Sequence record: MW825358.1
Direction: 5' to 3' (one strand)
DNA length: 64,000 bases
The stretch's first letter is position 1, and each line of letters starts with the position of its first letter. The translations under genes were made by a program, and so were the position numbers. Below are positions 25,176-35,700 of the stretch, piece by piece. A model generated the notes under the pieces. The model had not been told where the DNA came from. It made no database searches and saw only the letters and a program-made list of their open reading frames with translations.

Positions 25176-25430
25176 ATGTCTTCTCGTGCCCAACGCCGTC
25201 ACCACTATCAGCGCATGATCGTCAAACGCACCAAGCAAGATGCCCGCTTTGGGGTTGGTGCGCTCAACGAAGTGCAATGGCGTTTTAAACATGCTCGTGT
25301 GTGCGCACGCACGGGTGCCTTGTGCTCATGCAGTATGTGTGGAAACCCGCGCCGTCACTATGGCAACTCTCAGTCGGTCCTGACCCGTCAGGAGTTGCAT
25401 TCGAATCTGACCTGGCGCGAGGACGCGTAA
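25176..25430 (+). CDS. Small basic protein with CSCSMCGNPR motif
   Basis: AAGGA RBS; possible Zn-binding Cys cluster. Confidence 0.7.
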   Translation: MSSRAQRRHHYQRMIVKRTKQDARFGVGALNEVQWRFKHARVCARTGALCSCSMCGNPRRHYGNSQSVLTRQELHSNLTWREDA

Positions 25431-25483
25431 ACACTCACCCCTCCTGCCTGATGGTGGGAGGGGTTTATGCCCTAGAGGACATC

Positions 25484-25999
25484 ATGAGTTACATCAACGC
25501 TTACTATCCCGATCCGTCTCAGCAACGACCGCGGATGATCAAAGAAGAGCTGGACTTTCTGGCCGAGCACCGGGCCATGGAACAAGCCGGCACGCTGACT
25601 CCCGACCAACAGTTGTATTTCCAACAGCTCATGGCCAAATACGCCGAGCTGGACCCTGAGGAGTTCGCTCGGTTTGAGAACTATCTGGGTAGCACCCCGG
25701 TGGCCCTGAAAGATACACCCTGGGGCGGGATGTCCCAGATGGAACGTATTCGCTGGATGGCCCAGCAATACGGTGGGATCGATGGTGAAGACCATCAAAA
25801 GTGGTTGGTCAACCAGATCCTGCGCTTGACCTACAACGCCACCATCACTGCCTGTGTGCACCGCTGGCGCACAGGAGAGGAAGAGTACCATTACACCATC
25901 GGCACCTCTCCTGAATACGATGCTTATATCTACTCCTTGTTTGAAAATGAGGAGATCGATGCGCAGCAACTAGCTGACCTCGAAGGCATTGCCCCTTAA
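25484..25999 (+). CDS. Hypothetical protein
   Basis: GAGGA RBS. Confidence 0.7.
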   Translation: MSYINAYYPDPSQQRPRMIKEELDFLAEHRAMEQAGTLTPDQQLYFQQLMAKYAELDPEEFARFENYLGSTPVALKDTPWGGMSQMERIRWMAQQYGGIDGEDHQKWLVNQILRLTYNATITACVHRWRTGEEEYHYTIGTSPEYDAYIYSLFENEEIDAQQLADLEGIAP

Positions 26000-26024
26000 C
26001 CTCTTTTCCATAGCGAGACTTTCC

Positions 26025-26621
26025 ATGCGTTATAACGTCGGCGATACTTCTCTGTTCATCTTCCTGGATTTCACCCCTGCCCACTGGCGCTTTGGTAATC
26101 TCTACATTCCCTGGCAGGATACGCTCAATGAAATGATCATCCTGGAAGCTGCCTGTATCGAGCACCATCGCGTTGCCGGGGAATGGGACGATGAGATCCA
26201 GTATGACGGGTTTATCTTCCAAGACACGCAAGGTCAGCGTTGGCACAATCAGTATCCGCGCGCCGCCTATGGGCAGCTGGATGACAGTAACGATCATCGT
26301 ATTCACCGCGCGATCGGTGAAGAAGAATGCGCTCAAGTGAAAGACGATCGTGCAGCATCGGCGGTCATGCTGCGAAACTACGAAGATGTCCGCGAGTTTT
26401 TGCGCCGGATCATTCGTACCGAAAATCCCGACTATGCAAAAGAACTGGAGCAATCTCATCTTCAGGCGCTGCAAGATCACTACGCCCAAGTGGTCAAGGC
26501 CATTGAAGAAAAGGGCTACAGCGTCAAGCGCAAAACACATATTTTCCGTTACACCAATGGTCGCCCTGATGAGGAAGCACCGCCGTACTTTGATCGGGTG
26601 GTGATCACCAAAAACAGCTAA
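26025..26621 (+). CDS. Hypothetical protein
   Basis: 198-codon ORF. Confidence 0.7.
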   Translation: MRYNVGDTSLFIFLDFTPAHWRFGNLYIPWQDTLNEMIILEAACIEHHRVAGEWDDEIQYDGFIFQDTQGQRWHNQYPRAAYGQLDDSNDHRIHRAIGEEECAQVKDDRAASAVMLRNYEDVREFLRRIIRTENPDYAKELEQSHLQALQDHYAQVVKAIEEKGYSVKRKTHIFRYTNGRPDEEAPPYFDRVVITKNS

Positions 26622-26716
26622 TTTCACCTGCTATACACCAATTAGTAAATCTTCACATTTCGTACTAACATAGTGTCGGAGGAACTTATTACTCCGATCC
26701 CCTAAAGGAGTCTATC

Positions 26717-27349
26717 ATGGACATCAATGAAGCATTGAAACTCGGCGCACAGCGCGCAGCTAAGCCCGGCGCCTCCGCCAACAACGAGCTGATCAAGGAC
26801 GTCCAGGCCTTGCCGACTGTTTCCAAAAAGACAGCAGCAGCTCCCGCCAAGGTCAAGGTCATCGACGATACCCCGCCCTGGCGCACCACTCCGGTGACAA
26901 CCAAGCCGGTGCCGCCGGCTGTCCAGCAGGTGATGACCCAGCAGCCTGAAGACAAGGATACCCGCCTGGCCCTGCGCGATACTGAAACCGGTGAGTTCGT
27001 CTCCACCGAAGAGGCGATCAAGCATCCGGAGACGGTGGCCACCGACTATATCTCCACCAATGCCAAGCCGGCTGTCAAGAAAGCTGCTCCGGCCAAGAAG
27101 GCGGTGAAGAAGGTTGCCAAGTTGCCGGCCAAGGCGCAGAAGGCTGTGGTCAAGGCCAGTGCTGCCAAGCCTGAGAAGGTGGTTCAGAAAGTGGTCAAGG
27201 CGGCGACCCCGAAATCGGCCAAAGGTGATGAGAAGAAGATCACCGTGCGCATCCCCAAAGATGCCGTGGTCACACTCAAGCCCGCCACCAAGGCTGTAAA
27301 GAAAGCCCCTGCCAAAGTCGCCAAGAAGACGGCTAAGGCAAAGAAGTAA
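26717..27349 (+). CDS. Histone-H1-like Lys/Ala/Pro-rich protein
   Basis: AAGGAG RBS; repeated KKAAPAKK/AVKK segments in the C-terminal half. Confidence 0.8.
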   Translation: MDINEALKLGAQRAAKPGASANNELIKDVQALPTVSKKTAAAPAKVKVIDDTPPWRTTPVTTKPVPPAVQQVMTQQPEDKDTRLALRDTETGEFVSTEEAIKHPETVATDYISTNAKPAVKKAAPAKKAVKKVAKLPAKAQKAVVKASAAKPEKVVQKVVKAATPKSAKGDEKKITVRIPKDAVVTLKPATKAVKKAPAKVAKKTAKAKK

Positions 27350-27388
27350 GTAGACCTGTAAAAGGTTGAAAGAACCAACTTTCAAACC

Positions 27389-27403
27389 TATACTACCGTG
27401 GTG
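27389..27403 (+). promoter_or_regulatory. Putative phage-RNAP promoter box
   Basis: AAACC-TATACTAC-CGT-GGTG with A-rich upstream. Confidence 0.6.
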
Positions 27404-27446
27404 AAGAGGAGTCCTTCTTCATTAACTACTACATGGAGTTACTTCA

Positions 27447-27689
27447 ATGTCAGTTCGTTTCAGTGGTCGTGGCGCCTTCTTGAAAACCCTCATCGCCAAC
27501 GGTGAGGTGACCAAGCCTGTGAAGGTCAAAGTCAAGAAGCCTGCAAGGATGACGCGTCACTACAATGCTCTGGAAGAGCCCGAACCGAACTACACGGTGG
27601 AGGACTCCATGGGTCTGCTTGCCGATTCGGAAGAATCGGAAGGCTACGGCTCATTGCGCGCAAGCGATGAGTTTAAATTCGAAGATTAA
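27447..27689 (+). CDS. Hypothetical protein
   Basis: GGAG RBS; 80 aa. Confidence 0.7.
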   Translation: MSVRFSGRGAFLKTLIANGEVTKPVKVKVKKPARMTRHYNALEEPEPNYTVEDSMGLLADSEESEGYGSLRASDEFKFED

Positions 27690-27719
27690 TCCCCATTGCT
27701 TGTTTGGAGACTCAACGTC

Positions 27720-27890
27720 ATGATGACGGAAATCCGCTCTGAAGGTTTACTCAAAGGCAATGTCGATATCACCGATGAAGCCCAAGCCCAGCTGTCTGCG
27801 GTCTTGGCTGAAAAGGAGATGTTGGCATTGTTTCCTGAGTTCTTCGCGTTCCAGTCAACTGCTGTAGTTGTACCTTCCCTTTCTTCTTAA
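27720..27890 (+). CDS. Small hypothetical protein
   Basis: GGAGA RBS. Confidence 0.5.
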   Translation: MMTEIRSEGLLKGNVDITDEAQAQLSAVLAEKEMLALFPEFFAFQSTAVVVPSLSS

Positions 27891-27905
27891 AATCGAGGTG
27901 TTACC

Positions 27906-28262
27906 ATGGCTTACCTTTTCTATCTGCTGCTCATCTTCCTTGCCAGCTTCTTCATCGCCGCCTCCCTGGTGGGTCGCAGCAAGGTGCTCAAGAGCGAGTT
28001 CAATCACCGCACCGTGAACATCGCGCTGCGCTACACCCAGTCCCTGCGTACGGGCGGTTTCTGGAAGTTCATGTACTGGGCCGCCCCGGTGGGCGTGTTC
28101 CTGTTCTCGAGCCTCTGGGGCGGCCTGGCCCTGATCCTGGCGGCCTTTGCAGGCCTGTCCTTCAACAAGGCCTGGTTGCGTTGCACCCCGCAGGTACAGA
28201 GCGCTCCGGCACCGCAAGGTGATGTGGCCATCGAACGCCTGCTGGAAGAACAGCGCCTGTAA
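27906..28262 (+). CDS. Three-TM membrane protein
   Basis: GAGGT RBS; hydrophobic segments. Confidence 0.75.
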   Translation: MAYLFYLLLIFLASFFIAASLVGRSKVLKSEFNHRTVNIALRYTQSLRTGGFWKFMYWAAPVGVFLFSSLWGGLALILAAFAGLSFNKAWLRCTPQVQSAPAPQGDVAIERLLEEQRL

Positions 28263-28279
28263 AGCTGACCTGAACAGAG

Positions 28280-28313
28280 AAAGAACGGGGACCTTCGGGT
28301 CCCTTTTCTTTTT
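28280..28313 (+). terminator. Intrinsic terminator
   Basis: GGGACC-TTCG-GGTCCC followed by TTTTCTTTTT. Confidence 0.85.
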
Positions 28314-28350
28314 GTGCCGTCAATTCCCTTTTCTACCAAGGAGACCTCCC

Positions 28351-29022
28351 ATGAGCAACCGCCCTGCTACCCAACACCAACAGATCGTCATTTTCTGTCA
28401 ATTGGTCGAACAGCTATCGGACCTGAAGGCCAAGTACCATCATCAATCCCTGCAGCCCTTTCCTTTTATCGAACAAGGAACTCAGGAAAGTACCCTGGAA
28501 CCGGGCTTCTATGACTATTACGTCAATGGTCATGAGGACTTCGGTCGTGGCCGTATTCTGGTGCTCCACCGTCCCAGCGGATTTGCTGCTCCGACGGAAA
28601 ATGAAGAACCTCAATATCTTCAGGTCCTGATCAGCGGTCCGTTTGCAGGTGGTCGTGCGCTTCCGGAAACGTTGGTCAGCTCCAGCACCAACCTGGTTAA
28701 CAGCCGGCTGTCTTTGGGCACTCACCCTCAGACCTGGTCGAGCCTGGGTGATCTCAAGCCATGGATCGAGTCCTTGGAAACCATGTTGCTCGATCTTCAA
28801 GTGCGACTGGGGCAACTGCGTAAGGAGCAGGCTGCGTCCAACAGCCTGAGCATGCTCCTGCGTGAGGTCGCCGACAAGCTCGATGCTCGTACCGAGATCA
28901 CGCGTGAAGAAGCCGAGCTGGTGACTGGGTTTGTGACCAGTTTCCTCAGTCAGTCCGGTGAGGAGCGTCGTCGCGCCTGCATGCAGCTGGCAAAGACGGC
29001 TTTGCAACGCGCTGATCAGTAA
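28351..29022 (+). CDS. Hypothetical protein
   Basis: AAGGAG RBS before ATG 28351. Confidence 0.75.
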   Translation: MSNRPATQHQQIVIFCQLVEQLSDLKAKYHHQSLQPFPFIEQGTQESTLEPGFYDYYVNGHEDFGRGRILVLHRPSGFAAPTENEEPQYLQVLISGPFAGGRALPETLVSSSTNLVNSRLSLGTHPQTWSSLGDLKPWIESLETMLLDLQVRLGQLRKEQAASNSLSMLLREVADKLDARTEITREEAELVTGFVTSFLSQSGEERRRACMQLAKTALQRADQ

Positions 29023-29135
29023 GTAACACGCCTCCCTTCCCAAACGGGAAGGGAGGCTTATGCCCGTCTTTTCTTTTTGTCCTTACAGGCGGCATAAATA
29101 CCCCTCCCAAAGCGGAGGGGTAATCGGGAGGTGTG

Positions 29136-29648
29136 TTAGTTCGGTTCGTAGATCAATCCATTGAGTTGATTGTTGGCAATGGCCATAGTGAGATCCATCT
29201 TGGTCTTAAACAACTTGACATCTGCTGCATCGATAAAAATAAGCGAGTCAGCCTTGGCGGTGATTGTCAGAGTGTGCTCTTCATCGACCACGTTGGCCCA
29301 AGTGGGAAACTCGGAGATGGTGTAGTCATCACTGGTCAGATTAATCCCGTAGAGTGAATTAATCGCTGAGATGACATCGTCTACGTTGGTTAACAGATCT
29401 GTCTTTTCTACCGCCGCTGTTTTAGTGGCAAAGACCTCGGCCATACTCAGTCGGTCATAGTAAATCTTAGGGCTGCCAGTAAAACGGCCACTGACTGTAG
29501 GTGTCAGGACTACTGAGGTATTAGCCGGTTCGGTTTCTACGGCCACAGAACCAAAATCTACTTCGGTGGCCAGTAGGTTCAATCCAGGATTGGCAACGTT
29601 GATCAGATCGATAATGATCTGCTTAGGTGCTTTGGTGAAATCAGACAT
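29136..29648 (-). CDS. Putative virion structural protein (shared N-terminal module family)
   Basis: MSDFTKAPKQIIIDLIN...YYDRLSM...INSLYGINL, same pattern as neighbouring fibre N-termini. Confidence 0.7.
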   Translation of the reverse strand: MSDFTKAPKQIIIDLINVANPGLNLLATEVDFGSVAVETEPANTSVVLTPTVSGRFTGSPKIYYDRLSMAEVFATKTAAVEKTDLLTNVDDVISAINSLYGINLTSDDYTISEFPTWANVVDEEHTLTITAKADSLIFIDAADVKLFKTKMDLTMAIANNQLNGLIYEPN

Positions 29649-29734
29649 GTTTGTGTCCTTTAAACAGGTGGGGTGCAACATAGCATTAGAGCTATTCTAT
29701 GCCTCCCTCTTCTAGTGTTTGTAAGGAGTAAGTC

Positions 29735-30190
29735 ATGTCAAGCGATTTGACGCTTACCCCCAAGGCCGGGTTATTGGCCTTGATCAATCAGAACACCTCC
29801 GTTCCGGTAACTGAGAATGATCTGTTGAATCTGTTTCCCCCTGAGGTTATCACCGATGCGTTAGCAGGTGAGCCCAATACACGCATTACTGCACGGACGA
29901 CGTTGACCTTCAGTCATGCCGGACGTGCGACGTTTGAGTACCACCGCATTGATTTGGCCAACTTGACACCCTATGCGATGTCCGTAGAGATCAGCGCTGC
30001 GGCCACACTGGATCAGTATTTGGCAGCGCTTGCTGAGCGCTATGGTCTTTATCTGAGCACCAGTGACCTGGAACCTGCTGTGCCTTTTGACATCAGTACA
30101 GGTCAAACTGAATACGACTTGACTTTCAATGCCAAGCCGGGTTCACTGATGTATGTCGGGTCAGGACAGTTCAAGGCCAAGATCGTTTAA
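29735..30190 (+). CDS. Putative virion structural protein (shared N-terminal module family)
   Basis: LLALINQN...EYHRIDL...LAERYGL. Confidence 0.7.
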   Translation: MSSDLTLTPKAGLLALINQNTSVPVTENDLLNLFPPEVITDALAGEPNTRITARTTLTFSHAGRATFEYHRIDLANLTPYAMSVEISAAATLDQYLAALAERYGLYLSTSDLEPAVPFDISTGQTEYDLTFNAKPGSLMYVGSGQFKAKIV

Positions 30191-30220
30191 AATCCAAGTC
30201 TGTCTTAAAAGGTTACCAGT

Positions 30221-32710
30221 ATGCACTTGAACAAACCCAGTGATGAGCTGGTACTTGAGCTGATCAATCAAGCGAACGATCGTTCCTTTACGTTTGATCA
30301 AATCGACATTGCCAGTCCCACACCCGTAGATCATAACGGCAGAAACACCCAAGCCACCGTGACTGCCCTAGGTGGTGGTTACACCGGAACTCAGTTGATC
30401 TTCTATAATCGACTGGATCTTGCATTAGCGCTGCCAAACAACAGTCAAGATGGACTGGAGCTGGTCATCCCCAACGACGGATTTGTCGATAGTACCGAGG
30501 TGTGTGATCGACTGAACTTGATGTTCCAATATCAGTTAAGTCCGGAAGATGTCGTGGTAGAGGCCGTGGACGTGAGTGTCCTGCCGGCGACCTACACCCT
30601 CAAAGCTGCAACACCGTCATTGGCCTGGATTGGACAGAAGACGCTGACCATCGACACCGGCCGTCCTTTGTGGGTTGACACCTTTAGCTCCTTAGAGTTA
30701 GCTGGCTTCTTGCCAGCCGATGTTTCCTCACTGACCGAACCGGTCACGCTGTATAACCAAAACTCGGTCTTGGCCACCGCGCAAAACCGCTTGCCCTTTG
30801 ATGCCGGATATCCTTCTCCGAATGTGTCAATGACCAGCAATAGCGAACTGCAGATGGAGTTGAGTGCTCGCCGCGGTGACGGTTCGGTCTCAGTGGTCCC
30901 TGACGCCAACAGCACCTACACACTCAATGTCGGAAACGAATCGACCTGGTCTTTGCTGGTTTCAGGAAAGTTGCCGGCCGGACAAGTGGTGGGCGATCGG
31001 TATGTGATGAGTTTGAATATCACCTGCCCGGACAATGCCCAGGCGGTGTTCCAAATCGAACGGGTCAACGGCGTCTATACCCTGATCAATGATGATCTTG
31101 CAGTGCGCGTGCCGTTCAGCTATAACGCCGCAGATGGCAGTGCATTTCAGATGCTACTTGAGATCACCTATCTGCTCGATGCCATGGGTGAGCTGTCGCT
31201 GGCCAACACCAATGCCAACAACGCTCCCATCGGTACTTACTTGATTGAACTGCAGGCCCGCCGTAAGAACAGCGTAACCCCACGCCTGCTGGCCACGATG
31301 ACGGTCAATGCCATCAATACGGCCGCAGCAGCCGATACGTCGCTGATCACAGAGTACCAAAACGCGCAGGAACTGACCTTTAGCTGGGCCAACCTGACAG
31401 GCTGGACCAACACCCATCTGACGGTCAGTAACAACCGGGTGTTAGGAAATGCCTCCGGCAGTGGCACCTCGTGCTATGCGGCTTATCCTTTCACTGTACA
31501 AGCCAATGAATCGGCAGTACTACACGGTGAGGTGATGGCAGGTACCGGACAGACTTCAGCGCTGTATTTCGGATTCTCCTTTGGCGAAGACCCGATCAAC
31601 ACAATCTCCACCAAGACAGGTCTGGCAGGTGTGGGTGGTGCGAACAATACCCCGTATGCTTACATTGGTACAGAGTTTACAGAAGGTGCAGGTGTTAATG
31701 CGCTGGACGGTGCCGCTCAGGCTGCAGGTGCCTACCGCATCACGGTGGCAGTGGACCCTGAAAACATTTCCTTTGTAGTGCGCAGTGCAGACGGTACCAA
31801 GGAATGGTCCAAGTCGATTCCCCGCTCGGCTGCTCCTAATGGCGGTGTGGTCACCAGCATCCGCATCTGGAATGGCTCTACTTCTGCCAGCACGGCTCGC
31901 TACTTGAGTGTCTTGGGTGTGCGCAAGTCCTTCACGCCCTTTAGGACCAAGACCAACGCGGCTGGTACTATCGAAGGTTCCACCGAGCGAGTGATTCATC
32001 GGACCGTGACCGATGGCTGGCGCATTCAGTTCCCCAAGACGATGAATGGTAACCAAGCCACCCCGGTGGTGATGTTCTTCCATCAGGCCCAAACTGGTGA
32101 TCGTACCGATGTGATGACCGAAGCGCGTTGGACAGCATTGCGTCAGTCTTTGAGCAATAAGGGATATATCCTGCTCACAGCCGATGACCAAGGGGATCGT
32201 TGGGGTAATCGTGCCTCCATTCGTAACCATGCTAACTTACTGCGCTGGCTACGTCAGCGGGTGAACATCGGTAAAGTCTTTGTCATGGGCTATTCGATGG
32301 GCGGTCTGACCGCGTTGAATGCGATTGCCAATCGTGCCTTAGGCCCGGTGGCCGCAGCAGCCTTGCTCTCACCGGTATGCGATTTGGTGGCCATGCGCGA
32401 TCCGACCTTTACGGCCACGATCGATGCGATGTGGGGCAGTAACAGTGCTGCATCCTTAACGCAGTTGTCAAAGGGGTTCAACCCTGTTTTGACCTCACCT
32501 GTTAAGTTTGCTCGCATTCCTTACATCTTCAATGTCTCCACCGGCACCACCGATACGATCACACCTACCGCAGTTCATGCGGCAGTGTTTGAAGCCTTGG
32601 TGCGACCCTATGCTAAGTCCACTGCCTTTAATGTGGCAGGGACAGGGCATGGTCCAAGTGAAGCGTGGAATGCCACCTGGATCACTGGGTTGTTTGACGC
32701 TAACCTGTAA
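30221..32710 (+). CDS. Putative tail fibre with C-terminal alpha/beta-hydrolase domain
   Basis: Shared N-module (ELVLELINQAN...YNRLDL); GYSMGG nucleophile elbow; C-terminal TDT...GH. Confidence 0.75.
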   Translation: MHLNKPSDELVLELINQANDRSFTFDQIDIASPTPVDHNGRNTQATVTALGGGYTGTQLIFYNRLDLALALPNNSQDGLELVIPNDGFVDSTEVCDRLNLMFQYQLSPEDVVVEAVDVSVLPATYTLKAATPSLAWIGQKTLTIDTGRPLWVDTFSSLELAGFLPADVSSLTEPVTLYNQNSVLATAQNRLPFDAGYPSPNVSMTSNSELQMELSARRGDGSVSVVPDANSTYTLNVGNESTWSLLVSGKLPAGQVVGDRYVMSLNITCPDNAQAVFQIERVNGVYTLINDDLAVRVPFSYNAADGSAFQMLLEITYLLDAMGELSLANTNANNAPIGTYLIELQARRKNSVTPRLLATMTVNAINTAAAADTSLITEYQNAQELTFSWANLTGWTNTHLTVSNNRVLGNASGSGTSCYAAYPFTVQANESAVLHGEVMAGTGQTSALYFGFSFGEDPINTISTKTGLAGVGGANNTPYAYIGTEFTEGAGVNALDGAAQAAGAYRITVAVDPENISFVVRSADGTKEWSKSIPRSAAPNGGVVTSIRIWNGSTSASTARYLSVLGVRKSFTPFRTKTNAAGTIEGSTERVIHRTVTDGWRIQFPKTMNGNQATPVVMFFHQAQTGDRTDVMTEARWTALRQSLSNKGYILLTADDQGDRWGNRASIRNHANLLRWLRQRVNIGKVFVMGYSMGGLTALNAIANRALGPVAAAALLSPVCDLVAMRDPTFTATIDAMWGSNSAASLTQLSKGFNPVLTSPVKFARIPYIFNVSTGTTDTITPTAVHAAVFEALVRPYAKSTAFNVAGTGHGPSEAWNATWITGLFDANL

Positions 32711-32713
32711 CCG

Positions 32714-32751
32714 GCATAACCCCCTCCCCGTTTGGGGAGGGGGCTTTATGC
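32714..32751. terminator. Bidirectional GCATA..hairpin..TATGC element between convergent genes
   Basis: CCCCCTCCCC-GTTT-GGGGAGGGGG. Confidence 0.75.
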
Positions 32752-32754
32752 TGC

Positions 32755-35700
32755 TTAGTTCTTCAGATACGCTTCGCGGTTGAAATACGAGTAGTACTCG
32801 GTGAACAAGCCCTTCTTGTACTTACCGTAAACGCCCTGACCATCGCCGTTGGGCACCAGTACCGGCATGCAGACCTTGTTGTCATTGACAGAGGAGATCT
32901 GATCCAGCGTCCGGGTCTTAGTCCACACACCGGTGCCATTGGTATTGGGTGCATCCCACTGTTCCAGCGTGGAGAGCGAGCCGTCATAGGCATTGGAGTT
33001 GGACACGATCATCCGAGGATTGGTCGTTCCCACCAACACCTTACGCGCACGCCCCATCACCCGGATCGAACCGGCCGGCGGGTAGATATTGCAGACCTTG
33101 GTGGTGGTCCAGCTGGCGGCCAGATGAGGCTGGGTCGTGTTGGTCAGGTACGAGTAGTACAACTCACCAAAGTTACCGGTGCTGTTGTAGATACCAAACC
33201 AATGCGAGGTCTTATCCGCACCCCAGAAGGCAATACGGTCTTGTCCCTGAGTCTGGTAAGTCGCCGGAGACTGGATCTGCGCCCACTGCGACTCATAGTC
33301 GGTGTAGGTGTCAGGATTGTTACTGAAGTTATTCAGCTCCACTCCATTGGAAGTCAGCACGCCCGTTTCCACATTCAGATCAGCCACCCGAATTGCATTG
33401 GTGCTTGAGTCTGAATTCTTAAAGCAGTAGAAACGCACGGTCTTCCCATCGTCCAACACGACCGGACTGAGGTAGAACTGATCCGGGCAACCCACCAAAC
33501 GCCATGACACATATCCACCAGCGGCGAACTGTCCATCATCGGCCGCAGAGGACACCAACAGTTCCCACAACCACGGCAACCCGCCACCGTTGATATTGCG
33601 TGTCAGGATACAGGTCTTACCACCAGCAGTGAACGCATTAGCGTAGGCCGTAGTACCACGTGCATTGACAGAACCAATGACCAACGAGTTCGGATCGGTG
33701 CTGGTACCACGGGCAATCTTGACACTGGCCGAAGTACTATGGCCGGCGTAGGTTGCAAACAACTTACCCGACGGAGTCAGACACATCGCCACCGGGGCGT
33801 GGTCATCCATACCGCCAGCGACACCCAGGCTGACATATTGCTCAACCTCGCCAGTGGCCTTGTTCAGCTGTGCCACGTTATTGCGACCAGTGTGCGAGAC
33901 ACTACCCGAAACGACCTTATTGCCAATGACCAACATCATTGGTTCGTTCTGGTAGGTCCAGCTGGCATCGGGGATGTCCATCTGGAGTTCGCTACCAAAG
34001 AACGCGGCATGCTGCCCTGTAATCTTAGCCTGCAGACCATTGTCCAAATTGGCGCGAGTCAACAAGAACTCATGAACCACTGCGCCATGGGTCACATTCA
34101 AAGTTGCACTGGAAGGAACTGTTTCACTTGAGACACCGCCAGCGGTATAGTAGGTATCACGCGCGTGCTGTGGCGTGGTTGCACCATCCTGCCAAATCCG
34201 CAGATAACCATTGGTATAATCAAGCAAACCAATGATTTTCATCGAGGGCTTGAACAACAACTGTCCATTACTGGTTGAGTTGGTGTTGGATTCTGGGTTT
34301 GGTGGACTACCGTCCAGCTTACGGCCTTGCAAACCCCAACCAAGAGGCGTCTTGGTGCGGAACAGATAACGTGCCTGGGATGTGGAGGAGCCCGCAGCGA
34401 CCTTAACTGTAAAGACTTCGCCAGACTGTTGCTTAGGCGCGTTAGAGATGATCAATGCCGCCGCAATGCCCGAAACACCGCTGAGTTTACCCAATGCAGA
34501 AGTAGTGGCGCTTTGGTTGATACCACGCGACAGACCACCCCAACGACCTTGGCTCTTGACCACTCGCATGTTCGGACTACCGCCCACGACCTCACCGTTG
34601 TTGAACTGGTCATAGACCTTGGTGACATCACCAATGCCGCCGTTCAAGAACGACTCAATTTCCGTATCAGGCGTGTAGACCTGCAACACTGCCGCATCGG
34701 CCAGTCGGGTGATTTCAAACAGCGGACCGGTGTAGGTACCCGTCAGTCGATGGAACGCCCAACCGGTAGCCATCGAAGACTCAACACCGTTGTAGGGATA
34801 CACCACCGGCGGAACGTCATTGTCCGTGATCGTAGCCGTGGCCGAAATCGTGCCGCCGAGCTTATAGCCGGTACCTGCCAACAGCGTAGCGATGACCGTC
34901 TCGCTAGATTCCACTTCGGTATCATCGATCGTGGCAATCGTCAGATTGACAGTTGTACCACCCACGCCGATGTTCAAGGAGTTGGGGGCGTTGTAATCAC
35001 TACCACGGGTAGCCGTACCGGAGTACTGTGCACCGATGGTCAGTGCCGCCTTGGTCGCCTTGTTCAGACTGACCGTCAAGACCAAGCTGGAGCCTTCCAC
35101 ACCGGATGGGCTACCGCTGATGGTGACTTCAGGCAGAATGTAATCGGTGAACGTACCGGTGGCTGAAGCCGTACCGACAGTATAGCCAGAGCCACTGCCG
35201 ATCGTAGCAATCAGGCTATGGTTACCGTCCTCCACCAGATCCAACTTACCCGGCACCGTCAGGGCCACACTGGTTTGACCAGCAGCAATGGTAACGCTGG
35301 CCGGGGCATTGGCGTAGTGGGTGTTGTTGACAGCCGTGCCGCTATAGGTGGCCGGAACCACCACGTTGTACGGCACCGGACGGTTCAAGCTAACCGTGAA
35401 GGTCAGGCTCCCACCTTCTTCCACAGAAGGCGTCCCACTGATGCTCGCCACCGGCGGTGCATCGCCCAGGATTGTTCCTGTGGCAGAGGCATTCACGCCC
35501 AAGGTGTAATCGCCCGCGCCGGTGACGATGGTAATCTCAATCGTCTCATCGCCTTCAAAGACATCATCGGTCAAAGTCTGGATCACCAACGAGGCGCTCG
35601 AGGCACCTGCAGCGATCAACACACTCGAAGGAGCGGTGTAGTCAAGATTGCGCGTAGCGCTACCGGAATAGGACAGCTCCACCTGCGTATCGATCACAGC

